Origin: Thermovirga sp.
Lineage (GTDB): Bacteria; Synergistota; Synergistia; Synergistales; Thermovirgaceae
Assembly (NCBI GenBank): GCA_012523215.1
Contig: JAAYIZ010000170.1
Location: 165-64,164, forward strand
DNA: 64,000 nucleotides
Reading direction: 5' to 3'
Part shown: piece by piece, positions 1 to 9,437 of the stretch
How positions within the stretch are numbered: position 1 is the first letter of the stretch
How the letters are laid out: each line of letters starts with the position of its first letter
Notes under the pieces: model-generated
Databases searched by the model: none
Told to the model about the DNA's origin: nothing
Seen by the model: only the letters and a program-made list of their open reading frames with translations
Translations under genes and position numbers: made by a program

Positions 1-952
1 CATAGACCCGACGGTATTGATGGCTCCCTTTTTCTTCCTTTTCTTCGGCATGTGCCTCGGCGATGGAGGTTACGGCCTTATCCTTGGCGCTTTCCTGCTT
101 TACGCCCTTCTTCGGTACAGGCTTTCGGGAGATACGAGGAACTTTTTCGTCCTGCTTCTTCTTGGCAGCGTCTCTACCGTTCTGGTCGGGGCCTTGACGG
201 GGAGTTGGCTTGGAGACATGATCGACGCTTTCGGCCTTTTCGCGCCCATAAAGCCTATAAAGGACAGTTTGGTACTCATAAAGCCCATGGACGATCCCAT
301 CACTTTCCTGGCCATAGCACTTGGCCTGGGCGTAGTCCAAATCCTTTTCGGCATAGTAATCGCCATGTGGGATGCTTTCCGCAAGGGTGACATGATGGGC
401 GCTTTCGCCGACCAGGGTGGGTGGCTCGCATTGCTCGTCGGCTTACTCCTTTGGGGGGGGGCTTTCCTGGGACTAGGCGGAGGGGGGGCTCTTTTCGCGG
501 GGAAGGTGCTCGCTGCGGTGGGAGCATTAACGCTCGTGGCGACCCAGGGCAGGGACAAGCCCGGCGTTATCAGGAAGGCGATATCGGGGGTCCTGAGCCT
601 CTACAACGTTACATCCTTTCTCGGCGATGTCCTGAGTTACAGCCGTCTACTCGCGCTTGGCCTAGCCACTTCGGCCATAGCCATGATCGGCAACACCCTT
701 ACAATACTTGTTTCCGGAATACCCTACGTGGGATGGATCCTGGCTTTCCTGATATTCTTCGGAGGTCATCTTTTCAGCGTCGTCGTGAACGTGCTCGGTT
801 CTTTCATTCACTCCCTACGCCTCCAGTACGTGGAATTCTTCAGCAAGTTTTACTCCGCCGGAGGAAGAGCTTTCGATCCTATGAGAGTGGTCACGAAATT
901 CACGAGAATAACCGGAGAGGGAGTCGAAGATCCGGGAATGCAATACAGGTAA
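1..952 (+). CDS. ntpI: V-type (V/A) ATPase subunit I (membrane a-subunit), 5' end outside window
   Basis: The frame is open to the left window edge (IDPTVLMAPFFFLFFGMCLGDGGYG...). The multi-TM C-terminal half is typical of V/A-ATPase subunit I. It heads an I-K-E-C-F-A-B-D gene order. Confidence 0.9.
   Translation, partial: IDPTVLMAPFFFLFFGMCLGDGGYGLILGAFLLYALLRYRLSGDTRNFFVLLLLGSVSTVLVGALTGSWLGDMIDAFGLFAPIKPIKDSLVLIKPMDDPITFLAIALGLGVVQILFGIVIAMWDAFRKGDMMGAFADQGGWLALLVGLLLWGGAFLGLGGGGALFAGKVLAAVGALTLVATQGRDKPGVIRKAISGVLSLYNVTSFLGDVLSYSRLLALGLATSAIAMIGNTLTILVSGIPYVGWILAFLIFFGGHLFSVVVNVLGSFIHSLRLQYVEFFSKFYSAGGRAFDPMRVVTKFTRITGEGVEDPGMQYR
453..461 (+). repeat. G9 homopolymer inside ntpI coding sequence (a second G7 run lies at 482-488)
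   Basis: Direct reading: tt-ggggggggg-c at 453-461 and a-ggggggg-c at 482-488. They encode WGG and GGG in a Gly-rich loop. Confidence 0.95.
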
Positions 953-1000
953 TAGTGTGGTCAATTCTTAAGCATTCTTTGAAAGGAGTGTGCTTCAATA

Positions 1001-1477
1001 ATGGATCAACTTGGGATCATGCTTGCGGTACTTGGCGCGGCCCTTGCCGCCGGTTTTTCGGGTTCTGGTTCCGCCCTAGGGGTCGGAATTGCAGGGGAAT
1101 CCGGCGCGGGTATCATGACGGAGGATCCTAGCAAGTTCGGTCTCGTCCTTTTGCTTCAGGCCCTCCCGGGGACCCAGGGCATCTACGGGCTTCTTACGGC
1201 CTTTTTCGCGATCCTCAAGGTTGGACTTCTCGGAGGGACGGCTGTTTCCGTCAATGTCTGGCAAGGATTAGGGGTTCTTTTCGCCTGCCTGCCCATTGCC
1301 ATCGCCGGATACTATTCAGCCATAGCCCAGGGGAAGACCTCCGCGGCGAGTATCCAGATGATAGCCAAGAGACCGGAGGAAACAGGAAAAGCGGTCATCC
1401 TTCCTGCCATGGTCGAGACTTATGCCGTTCTCGCTTTGCTGATGAGCATAATACTCCTTAACAGCATTCAGATCTGA
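1001..1477 (+). CDS. ntpK: V-type ATPase proteolipid subunit K (c-ring)
   Basis: 158 aa, four predicted TM helices. It is nearly colinear with Enterococcus hirae NtpK as I recall it, including LPGTQGIYG, IAQGK and AMVETYAV. AGGAG lies upstream of the ATG. Confidence 0.95.
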   Translation: MDQLGIMLAVLGAALAAGFSGSGSALGVGIAGESGAGIMTEDPSKFGLVLLLQALPGTQGIYGLLTAFFAILKVGLLGGTAVSVNVWQGLGVLFACLPIAIAGYYSAIAQGKTSAASIQMIAKRPEETGKAVILPAMVETYAVLALLMSIILLNSIQI

Positions 1478-1503
1478 TCGGCCTTCAAGACAACGGGGTG
1501 AGA

Positions 1504-2091
1504 ATGATGTCCTTAGCAGACATTAAGTCAAAGATCGAAGCCGATGCCATGAACGAGGCGGAGGAGATCCTTGGCCAGTTTCGCGCCCAGGCTGACGGGA
1601 TTCTTTCCGAGGCAAAACAGGAAAGCGAAAAGATTGATCAGAAGCTCCAGGAAAGAATCCATTACGAGGAAAACGAGGTGCGAAAAAGGAAAGCGATAGT
1701 GGCCGATCTCGAAGTAAGAAAGCTCATACTGGGAGCCAGGAGAGAACTCATTGATCTCACCTTCTCTAAGGCTCTTGATGTCCTTTCCAGTATGCCGAAA
1801 AAAAAGTATGTCGCTTTCATGACAAAATTGTTGGAATCCCCCGAGGTTTCCGGCGATGAAGAAGTCTTCCTGTGCAGGGGGGAAAAACTCCTGGACGGTG
1901 AGTGGTTGGACGAGGTCAACGTCCGAAGGAAGTCCAACTTAATTCTTTCCCAGGAAAGGATCCCAGGGACGGGGGGATTCGTCCTCAGAAAGGGCAGGAT
2001 TGATATCAACTGCACCTGGGATGTCCTCCTCGGATGGGTAAAGAAAGATTTGGAGGCAGAGGTTGTCGAGCGCCTCTTTCCCAACTGCTAG
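1504..2091 (+). CDS. ntpE: V-type ATPase subunit E (peripheral stalk)
   Basis: Highly charged coiled N-terminus (MSLADIKSKIEADAMNEAEEILGQFRAQ...) and a position between K and C. ATG 1504/1507 follows GGGGTG. The track start GTG 1498 is less likely. Confidence 0.85.
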   Translation: MMSLADIKSKIEADAMNEAEEILGQFRAQADGILSEAKQESEKIDQKLQERIHYEENEVRKRKAIVADLEVRKLILGARRELIDLTFSKALDVLSSMPKKKYVAFMTKLLESPEVSGDEEVFLCRGEKLLDGEWLDEVNVRRKSNLILSQERIPGTGGFVLRKGRIDINCTWDVLLGWVKKDLEAEVVERLFPNC

Positions 2092-2104
2092 GGAGGTTCC
2101 TACA

Positions 2105-3115
2105 ATGACCGACCCTACCGATTATGGTTACGCCGTTTCAAGACTCAGAGCGATGGAGGATCGACTTCTTGACCAGGGAGTCTTCCAACGGCTCCTGGAC
2201 AGTGAAGACCTGCCTTCCGCGCTCAAGGTTATGACTGAGACGGCCTACGGAAAATGGTTCCTGGAGCAGCAGAGCGACGAAAAATTTGAGCCCGCTATTG
2301 AAGCGGAGCTCAAGTATATCTATGCCGAAACGGAGCATTTCGTCCCCGACCCTTGCCTATACCGGATCTGCAGACTTCCCTACGACATTCATAATGTCAA
2401 GGTCCTTTTGAAAGGCCTTTTCAATCAGAAGCAGGGCGGGAAGAGGCGGCTGGACCTCTTGACCGGCCTCGGAAACATCTTCGCGGATGACCTGGTGGTG
2501 GCCATAGAGAGCGAAGATTATCGCCTCATGCCCTTCGGATTCCACAGGACTGTCCCGGAGTGCGTTTCGACCTGGGATCAGACCCGCGACATCCTCCAGG
2601 TTGAGCGTATTCTCGACGAGGCGCTCTTCTCACTCCAACTCAAGATGGCCGACGAAGTCGCTTTTGAAGGAGTGAAACTGTTCGCACGGTCCAGGGTCGA
2701 CGCGGAGAACCTCCGGAATATCGCCAGGCTTAAAAGGATGGGTTTCGATTCGTCTCAGGCTGCGCCGTTCCTGCATAACGGCGGATTTGTACCCCTGGAG
2801 AAAATCCTGTCATTGATCAATGAACCCTTCGAAGGTTGGGAAAGATTTCTCTCCTTTGCCGATGTCTCCAGGACTCTTTCTGGGGCGCAGGAACATGCGG
2901 ACCTCGATTCTCTCATCGTGGACCTCGAAAAATCCATAGATGATTTTCTGTCCTGGGTCCTCGCGAAGTACAAGTACAGCCCCTTCGCGCCGGAGAATGT
3001 CCTCCATTACCTCTGGATGAAGGAAACAGAAGCCAAAAATGTCAGGATCCTCCTCATAGGCATAGGGAACGGGGCAGAACGTACGGTCCTCAGGAGGCTT
3101 TTGAGAAATGTCTGA
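2105..3115 (+). CDS. ntpC: V-type ATPase subunit C (eukaryotic d-type)
   Basis: About 336 aa, positioned between E and F. GGGAGG lies 9 nt before ATG 2105. The track start 2063 would overlap ntpE. Confidence 0.85.
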   Translation: MTDPTDYGYAVSRLRAMEDRLLDQGVFQRLLDSEDLPSALKVMTETAYGKWFLEQQSDEKFEPAIEAELKYIYAETEHFVPDPCLYRICRLPYDIHNVKVLLKGLFNQKQGGKRRLDLLTGLGNIFADDLVVAIESEDYRLMPFGFHRTVPECVSTWDQTRDILQVERILDEALFSLQLKMADEVAFEGVKLFARSRVDAENLRNIARLKRMGFDSSQAAPFLHNGGFVPLEKILSLINEPFEGWERFLSFADVSRTLSGAQEHADLDSLIVDLEKSIDDFLSWVLAKYKYSPFAPENVLHYLWMKETEAKNVRILLIGIGNGAERTVLRRLLRNV

Positions 3116-3434
3116 TGGGAAAAACTTTTTAATGGCCGCTGTAGGTGATTTTGAAAGCGTCCTGCCTTTTCAGGCCGTCGGGGTGACCCCTTTTTCACCC
3201 GAAAACGGGCTCAGAGAGCTTCTCCTGGGCCTGGCCAGGGAGCAGTACGCCGTGGTTTTCCTTGTCGATTCCCTTTACAGGGATAACCGGGAGATGGTGG
3301 AGGAATTGAACGAGAACCATACCATGAGCATTATTCCCGTGCCCGGCATCAGAGGTTCGACCGGCATAGGGGTGAGCACGATCCGTGAAAGTGTGGAAAG
3401 AGCGGTCGGGATGGATATTTTTTCCGTGAAGTAA
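3108..3434 (+). CDS. V-type ATPase subunit F
   Basis: 108 aa, N-terminus MAAVGDFESVLPFQAVGV typical of V-type subunit F. It sits directly before catalytic subunit A and overlaps the end of subunit C by 8 nt. Confidence 0.85.
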   Translation: MSDGKNFLMAAVGDFESVLPFQAVGVTPFSPENGLRELLLGLAREQYAVVFLVDSLYRDNREMVEELNENHTMSIIPVPGIRGSTGIGVSTIRESVERAVGMDIFSVK

Positions 3435-3473
3435 TTGCACCTGAAGACACGAGTGTACTCGGAGGGGATATTA

Positions 3474-5267
3474 TTGGCCAACAAAGAAAAGATCGTAGGT
3501 TCCATCGCCAAGATTTCCGGACCGCTGGTAATAGCCGATGGCATGAGCGGGGCTGGAATGTACGAAGTTGTGAGGGTTGGAGACCTTGGCCTTGTCGGCG
3601 AGATCATCGAACTCAAGGGAGCCATGGCCTCCATACAGGTTTACGAGGAGACTTCCGGATTAAAACCGGGAGAGCCTGTCGAGAGTTCCGGTGCTCCCCT
3701 GAGCGTTGAGCTGGGTCCGGGGCTCATCGAACAATTTTACGATGGTGTCCAGAGACCGTTGAACCTTATCGAACAGGCAGCCGATAGCCCTTACATTTCC
3801 AGGGGGATCAACGTTCCGGCCCTCGACAGGTCAAAAAAGTGGAATTTCGAACCCGTTGTCGAGGAAGGTGCCCAAGTGGCCGAAGGAGACCTCCTTGGAG
3901 AGGTCCAGGAGACGGTCCTCGTCAAGCACCGTATCCTGGTTCCTTATGGTGTTAAGGGTAGAGTGAAAAGCATTCGTAAAGGATCCTTCAACGTGGAAGA
4001 GATGGTCGCCGTTATAGATGACGGAGAAAAGGAAATCCCCGTGACCATGATGCAAAGATGGCCCGTCAGGACGCCAAGGCCGGTCCGGCAAAGGCTTGCC
4101 CCAAACGTTCCACTTCCCACGGGGCAACGCGTCGTGGACACCTTCTTTCCTCTTTCCAGGGGTGGTGCCGCTTGCGTCCCCGGGCCCTTCGGCTCGGGCA
4201 AGACCGTCATACAACACCAGCTGGCCAAATGGGCGGATGCCGAGATCGTGGTTTACGTCGGCTGTGGAGAACGCGGAAATGAAATGACGGACGTGCTCCT
4301 GGAATTCCCGGAACTGGTTGACCCCAGGTCGGGCGAACCCCTGATGAAAAGGACGGTCCTGATCGCCAACACCTCCAACATGCCTGTGGCTGCCAGGGAA
4401 GCGAGTATATACACGGCGATCACGATCGCTGAGTATTACCGTGACATGGGCTATTCCGTAGCTCTCATGGCCGATTCGACGAGCCGGTGGGCCGAGGCGC
4501 TCCGGGAAATCTCCGGAAGGCTCGAGGAGATGCCCGGTGAGGAAGGGTACCCCGCTTATCTTGGGACCAGGTTGGCCAGTTTCTACGAAAGAGCCGGAAG
4601 GGCCGTTTGCCTTGGATCGGAAGGCAGGGAAGGTGCCATCACCTCTATCGGGGCAGTATCTCCTCCAGGAGGCGACCTCTCCGAACCGGTAAGCCAGAAC
4701 TCCCTCAGGGTGACCAAGGTTTTCTGGGGTCTTGACGCCAACCTGGCCTACCAGAGGCACTTCCCGGCCATTAACTGGCTTCTCAGTTACTCCCTTTATG
4801 CCGAGCAGCTTGGAGAATACTGGGACAATATCTATGACGGCGAATGGAGCGTCCTGAGGACCGAGGCTATGTCAATCCTCGAAGAAGAGGACAGGCTCCG
4901 GGAGATAGTCAGGCTCGTGGGCATCGACGCCCTATCGAGACAGGAGAGGATGATCCTGGAAACCGCCAAGTCTCTCAGGGAGGACTTCCTGCACCAGAAT
5001 GCCTACCATGAGGTCGACACTTATGCCTCTATGGACAAGCAGTTCAAGATGCTGAGGAACATCGTTCATTTCCACCATCTTTGCCAGAACGCCCTGGAGA
5101 GGGGCTGCACGATCCAGGAGATTAACGCCCTTCCCGTCAGGGATCAGATAGCAAGGATGAGGTACGAGGATGAAAAGAAACTGAACCGGATCGACGAACT
5201 GCTTCCGGTAATGAAAGAAGAAGTCGACAAACTTCTCTCCGAAGGGGGCATGGGAGATGTTGCCTAA
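3474..5267 (+). CDS. ntpA: V-type ATPase catalytic subunit A
   Basis: Walker [17 protein letters not shown], and the N-terminal barrel [18 protein letters not shown] lies 6 nt before in-frame TTG 3474. The ORF-track start (TTG 3435) is possible but has no SD. Confidence 0.96.
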   Translation: MANKEKIVGSIAKISGPLVIADGMSGAGMYEVVRVGDLGLVGEIIELKGAMASIQVYEETSGLKPGEPVESSGAPLSVELGPGLIEQFYDGVQRPLNLIEQAADSPYISRGINVPALDRSKKWNFEPVVEEGAQVAEGDLLGEVQETVLVKHRILVPYGVKGRVKSIRKGSFNVEEMVAVIDDGEKEIPVTMMQRWPVRTPRPVRQRLAPNVPLPTGQRVVDTFFPLSRGGAACVPGPFGSGKTVIQHQLAKWADAEIVVYVGCGERGNEMTDVLLEFPELVDPRSGEPLMKRTVLIANTSNMPVAAREASIYTAITIAEYYRDMGYSVALMADSTSRWAEALREISGRLEEMPGEEGYPAYLGTRLASFYERAGRAVCLGSEGREGAITSIGAVSPPGGDLSEPVSQNSLRVTKVFWGLDANLAYQRHFPAINWLLSYSLYAEQLGEYWDNIYDGEWSVLRTEAMSILEEEDRLREIVRLVGIDALSRQERMILETAKSLREDFLHQNAYHEVDTYASMDKQFKMLRNIVHFHHLCQNALERGCTIQEINALPVRDQIARMRYEDEKKLNRIDELLPVMKEEVDKLLSEGGMGDVA

Positions 5268-6669
5268 GGAATACAGGACCATATCTGACCTTTCCGGTCC
5301 TCTTCTGGTCGTCGATAAAACCGAGAATGTCCGTTACGATGAGCTGGTCGAAATAGAGCTGGCCAGCGGAGAACGGAGAAGGGGCAGGGTGTTGGAAATC
5401 ACGAGAGAAAACGCCCTGGTCCAGGTCTTTGAAGGAACATCCGGCATTGATCTTGAGACGACCAAGGTTGTTTTCATGGGGAAGGTCCTGATGCTGCCTG
5501 TCAGCAAGGACATACTGGGCCGTATCTTCAACGGACGGGGAGAACCAATCGACGGCGGCGCGCCCATCATTCCCGACAAGACCTTGGATGTTAACGGTTA
5601 TCCCATGAACCCCTATTCAAGGGACTACCCATCGGAGTTCATCCAGACCGGGATCTCCACGATCGACGGGATGAACCCGATGGTGAGAGGGCAAAAGCTT
5701 CCCATCTTCTCCGGAAGTGGAATGCCCCATAACAGAATAGCCGCCCAGGTAGCAAGGCAGTCGACCGTTCTGGGGGGTCACGAAGATTTTGCCGTTGTTT
5801 TTGCGGCTATGGGGATCACCTTCGAGGAGGCCTACTTCTTCATGGAGGACTTTCGGAAGACCGGGGCCATCGAAAGGACCGTCATGTTTGTCAACCTGGC
5901 GGACGATCCCGCTATCGAACGGATAACCACCCCCCGCCTTGCACTTACATGCGCTGAATACCTGGCTTTTGAAAGGGACTACCAGGTCCTGGTCATACTC
6001 ACCGACCTCACGAACTACTGCGAGGCCCTCAGGGAGATTTCCTCGGCCCGAAAGGAAGTACCCGGCAGGAGAGGTTATCCAGGCTACCTCTACACCGACC
6101 TGGCGACGATGTATGAAAGGGCCGGCAGGCTGAAGGGAAAGAAGGGGTCGATCACCCAGTTCCCCATTTTGACCATGCCCGAGGATGACAAGACCCATCC
6201 CATTCCCGACCTCACGGGTTACATCACCGAGGGTCAGATCATCCTCAGCCGGACACTCCACAGGAAGGGCATCTTTCCTCCCGTTGATGTCATGCCCTCC
6301 CTCTCCAGGCTCAAGGACAAGGGTATCGGCGCAGGAAAGACGAGGGAAGATCACGCCGACCTGATGAATCAACTTTTTGCCGCCTACGCCAGGGGAAAAG
6401 AGGCAAAAGAACTGGCCACAATCCTGGGGGAGGGAGCCCTTTCAGAAGAGGACAAGGCCTTCGCCCTGTTCTCTGACCATTTCGAGGATCGTTATGTCAG
6501 GCAGGGAGAATATGAGAACAGGACCATCGAGGAAACTCTTGAACTTGGCTGGGACCTGCTTACCCTTATCCCGGTCAGGGAGCTGAAACGCGTCAGGGAT
6601 GCCTACATCGAGAAATACCTCCTGCCAAGATCCGGGACCGAAAAAGAAAAACAGCTCAAGGGCGCATAA
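5257..6669 (+). CDS. ntpB: V-type ATPase subunit B
   Basis: 470 aa. ISGPLLVV N-terminal barrel, degenerate P-loop SGSGMPHN, full-length B-subunit architecture. It overlaps the end of ntpA by 11 nt. Confidence 0.96.
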   Translation: MLPKEYRTISDLSGPLLVVDKTENVRYDELVEIELASGERRRGRVLEITRENALVQVFEGTSGIDLETTKVVFMGKVLMLPVSKDILGRIFNGRGEPIDGGAPIIPDKTLDVNGYPMNPYSRDYPSEFIQTGISTIDGMNPMVRGQKLPIFSGSGMPHNRIAAQVARQSTVLGGHEDFAVVFAAMGITFEEAYFFMEDFRKTGAIERTVMFVNLADDPAIERITTPRLALTCAEYLAFERDYQVLVILTDLTNYCEALREISSARKEVPGRRGYPGYLYTDLATMYERAGRLKGKKGSITQFPILTMPEDDKTHPIPDLTGYITEGQIILSRTLHRKGIFPPVDVMPSLSRLKDKGIGAGKTREDHADLMNQLFAAYARGKEAKELATILGEGALSEEDKAFALFSDHFEDRYVRQGEYENRTIEETLELGWDLLTLIPVRELKRVRDAYIEKYLLPRSGTEKEKQLKGA

Positions 6670-6702
6670 TGCGAAGCTGGCCGTTGGCAAGGAGAGCCTG
6701 AT

Positions 6703-7329
6703 ATGGCAAAAAAAATTAATGTCAATCCAAACCGCATGGAGCTGTCCCGCCTTAAGAATAGGCTGAAGGTGGCCATAAGAGGACACAAGCTCCTGAAAGA
6801 CAAGCAGGATGCCCTGATCAAGGCCTTCCTTGAAAAGGCCAGGGGCCTCAAGGATTTGAGAGAGTCGGTGGAGAAGGAATTGGAGGATTGCTACCGCAGC
6901 TTCCTCCTGGCCAGGGCCCAGACCTTTCCCGCCATGCTGGAACAGGCTTTGATGATCACTGGAACGGGCCTCTCCCTGAAGATGTCGAAAAGAAACATCA
7001 TGAGCGTTATCGTCCCCGTCTTTGAAGTGGGGCAGGGTGAAGCGTCCCTGAATTATGGGCTGGGTACCACCACCGGAAACCTTGATGTGGCCCTGGAGAA
7101 ATTTTCAAGCCTTCTCCCAAGGCTTGTGAGCCTGGCGGCGGAAGAGAAGGCGCTTAGGCTTATGGCCGTCGAGATAGAAAGAACCCGGAGGAGGGTGAAC
7201 GCCCTGGAACACGTTCTAATTCCTTCCTTCCAGGAGACCATACGGTACATAACCATGAAGCTCGATGATCAGGAGCGGGCAAACCTCAGCAGGCTCATGA
7301 GGATCAAGGAGATCGTCCGTTCCCACTAG
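6703..7329 (+). CDS. ntpD: V-type ATPase subunit D (central stalk)
   Basis: 208 aa coiled coil with an N-terminus NPNRMELSRLKNRLKVAIRGHKLLKDKQDAL characteristic of subunit D. It is the last gene of the operon. Confidence 0.94.
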   Translation: MAKKINVNPNRMELSRLKNRLKVAIRGHKLLKDKQDALIKAFLEKARGLKDLRESVEKELEDCYRSFLLARAQTFPAMLEQALMITGTGLSLKMSKRNIMSVIVPVFEVGQGEASLNYGLGTTTGNLDVALEKFSSLLPRLVSLAAEEKALRLMAVEIERTRRRVNALEHVLIPSFQETIRYITMKLDDQERANLSRLMRIKEIVRSH

Positions 7330-7482
7330 GAAGAAAACCGTTTATTATTAGGGCAATGGTCGATTGCAGGAGAGCTCCCGGGTTCCCCTGCCGCTTTCCA
7401 GTGACCGGGAGAAATAACAACAGGTTGCGTCGAGGAGCGTAATTCTTCCATTTTTATCGAAAAGATGTTAGTATATACCATT

Positions 7483-7908
7483 GCGGGAAGGAGCCCAAGC
7501 GGTCGCTGGCCCGGACGGGCCAGAGGAAAGTCCGGGCTCCAAAGGGCAGGGCGCTGGAGAAACTCCAGTGGGCGTGAGCCCAAGGAAAGTGCCACAGAAA
7601 CATACCGCCCGGCACTCATTCAACACTTTGGTGCCCCACTGATAATCCCGGCTTACGTTGGAGGGATCGATGCCAGTTTTGCTCCAAAGTATCGAATGAG
7701 TGCCGGGTAAGGGTGAAAAGGTGGGGTAAGAGCCCACCAGCTGCCGGGCGACCGGCAGGCTAGGTAAACCCCGCCCGGAGCAAGGCCGAATAGGAGGGGA
7801 TGAGGCTGCCCGCTGACCCTCGGGTACGGCCGCTCGAGGTCCGGCGCAAGCCGGCCCCTAGATAAATGACCGCTACGCACAGAACCCGGCTTAAGGGCTG
7901 CTTCTCGC
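7483..7908 (+). ncRNA. rnpB: RNase P RNA, bacterial type A
   Basis: Universal P4 strands GAGGAAAGUCCGGGCUCC (7523-7540) and ACAGAACCCGGCUUA (7879-7893). GGUAAGGGUGAAAAGGUGGGGUAAGAGCCCACC is colinear with E. coli M1 RNA. P1 pairs GCGGGAAG (7483-7490) with CUUCUCGC (7901-7908). Confidence 0.92.
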
Positions 7909-7920
7909 AATAGGTACATA

Positions 7921-7951
7921 GGAGCGCATCGTAAGGATGCGCTCCTTTTTT
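7921..7951 (+). terminator. Rho-independent terminator after rnpB
   Basis: Perfect 10-bp stem GGAGCGCATC / GATGCGCTCC with a 5-nt loop, followed by TTTTTT. Confidence 0.85.
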
Positions 7952-8040
7952 GTTGCCTTTGAAGAAAGATGATACTTAAGTTTTATTGTAATAACTTCAA
8001 TAGGGTCGAAAGAACCATCGAGAAACCTAAAAAAATGATA

Positions 8041-8077
8041 GAGTGGTATAAAGTGGAACAAAGTGGTATGAAATGGG
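8041..8077 (+). promoter_or_regulatory. Phased GTGG repeat array, candidate MraZ operator
   Basis: AGTGG at 8042-8046, 8052-8056 and 8062-8066, exactly 10 bp apart. A degenerate fourth copy AATGGG lies at 8072-8077. The array sits immediately upstream of mraZ and just downstream of a TGnTAGAGT extended -10-like element (8036-8044). Confidence 0.6.
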
Positions 8078-8088
8078 AGGAAAATCCC

Positions 8089-8514
8089 ATGCTTGTGGGA
8101 ACCTATGATCACAAATTTGATAATAAAGGAAGAATAGTCCTCCCGTCAAAATTTAGAGACGAACTAGGAGAAAGTGCCGTCGCCACCGTGGGCATCGACC
8201 AGTGCGTTTCCATTTATTCCGCTGAGCGATGGCAGGAACTTCTGAACAGGTTCCACCAAATGTCCTTTTCCAAGGGAAAGACCAGGGATTTTCTCAGGGT
8301 ACTTCTCGCAACAGCCAATGAGATCCAGTTCGATGCTTCCGGCAGGGCTCTTATCCCCTCGAATTTGCGGCAGCACGCCAAACTTAACTTGGAGGTCAGC
8401 ATCATAGGGGTCGGGGACCACGTGGAATTGTGGGATACGGTCTCCTGGAACGCCTACCTCGAGGAGATTCGCAAAGTCCTGCCCGATATCGCGGAAGAGG
8501 TCGAGGGGTTATGA
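8089..8514 (+). CDS. mraZ: Transcriptional regulator MraZ
   Basis: 141 aa from ATG 8089 (GGGAGG 8 nt upstream). Two repeated halves (FDNKGRIVLPSKFR and DASGRALIPSNLR) match the duplicated MraZ fold. It is the first gene of the dcw cluster. Confidence 0.93.
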   Translation: MLVGTYDHKFDNKGRIVLPSKFRDELGESAVATVGIDQCVSIYSAERWQELLNRFHQMSFSKGKTRDFLRVLLATANEIQFDASGRALIPSNLRQHAKLNLEVSIIGVGDHVELWDTVSWNAYLEEIRKVLPDIAEEVEGL

Positions 8515-9437
8515 ACACCCATATCCCGGTGATGCTCCCCGAAGTCTGCAGCATATTGGAAGAAACTCGCGACCTGAGGTTCGTCGTGGACGCAACCCTC
8601 GGCCTGGGGGGATATTCGGAGGGTGTGCTCCGGAAATGGAGAAAGGCGGCTGTTCTCGGCATCGACCAAGATCCACAAGCCATCGAGGTCACTAGAAGAA
8701 AACTCATGGATTACGGCGATCGTTTTCGGGCTGTACACGGAAACTTTAGGGATCTAACCACGATTTTAAAGAAATCAGGAATGGGCAAACCCGATGCTGT
8801 CATTTTTGATCTGGGAATTTCGAGCATTCAAATTGAAACCCCGGAGCGGGGCTTTTCTTTTCAGGAGGACGGCCCGTTAGATATGCGCATGGATAGCTTA
8901 AACGAACGTCAAGAAATGGCCGGTGACATCATAAACAAAGCCACCATGAGGGAATTGATCACCCTATTTCGTAAATACGGTGAGGACCCCTATGCCGCGC
9001 AGATAGCGAGGGGGATAGTCAGGTTCAGGGAGTCCTCCGGCCCCATAAAGAGCACATCGGAGTTGGTACGTATCATCAGGGAGACCCTCCCGGCGCCTGT
9101 CCAGAGGAAGATGGGGAAAAATCCCTCCAGGAAAGTATTCCAGGCGCTAAGGATCGCGGTCAACGATGAGCTGCAAGCCCTGGATGACGCCCTTGACCAG
9201 TGCGAGGGCCTGGCTCAGGGTGCGATGACGGTGATCGTGGTGAGTTATCACTCCCTGGAGGACAGGATCGTCAAGAACAGGTTTCGCGAATGGGCTTCCC
9301 GGGGAAGAGGGAAACATCCCTTCAAAAGGCCCCTGGTGCCCAGCGAGGAGGAACTGAAAGAAAATTGGAGGTCCAGAAGCGCCAAACTCCGGGCGTTCTC
9401 ATTCTTGGTGCAGGTAGCGAAGGAGGCCGGCCGATGA
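8511..9437 (+). CDS. rsmH: 16S rRNA (cytosine1402-N4)-methyltransferase RsmH/MraW
   Basis: HIPVMLPEV, DATLGLGGYS and FDLGISSIQ motifs. ATGA overlap with the mraZ stop. Confidence 0.94.
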   Translation: MNTHIPVMLPEVCSILEETRDLRFVVDATLGLGGYSEGVLRKWRKAAVLGIDQDPQAIEVTRRKLMDYGDRFRAVHGNFRDLTTILKKSGMGKPDAVIFDLGISSIQIETPERGFSFQEDGPLDMRMDSLNERQEMAGDIINKATMRELITLFRKYGEDPYAAQIARGIVRFRESSGPIKSTSELVRIIRETLPAPVQRKMGKNPSRKVFQALRIAVNDELQALDDALDQCEGLAQGAMTVIVVSYHSLEDRIVKNRFREWASRGRGKHPFKRPLVPSEEELKENWRSRSAKLRAFSFLVQVAKEAGR

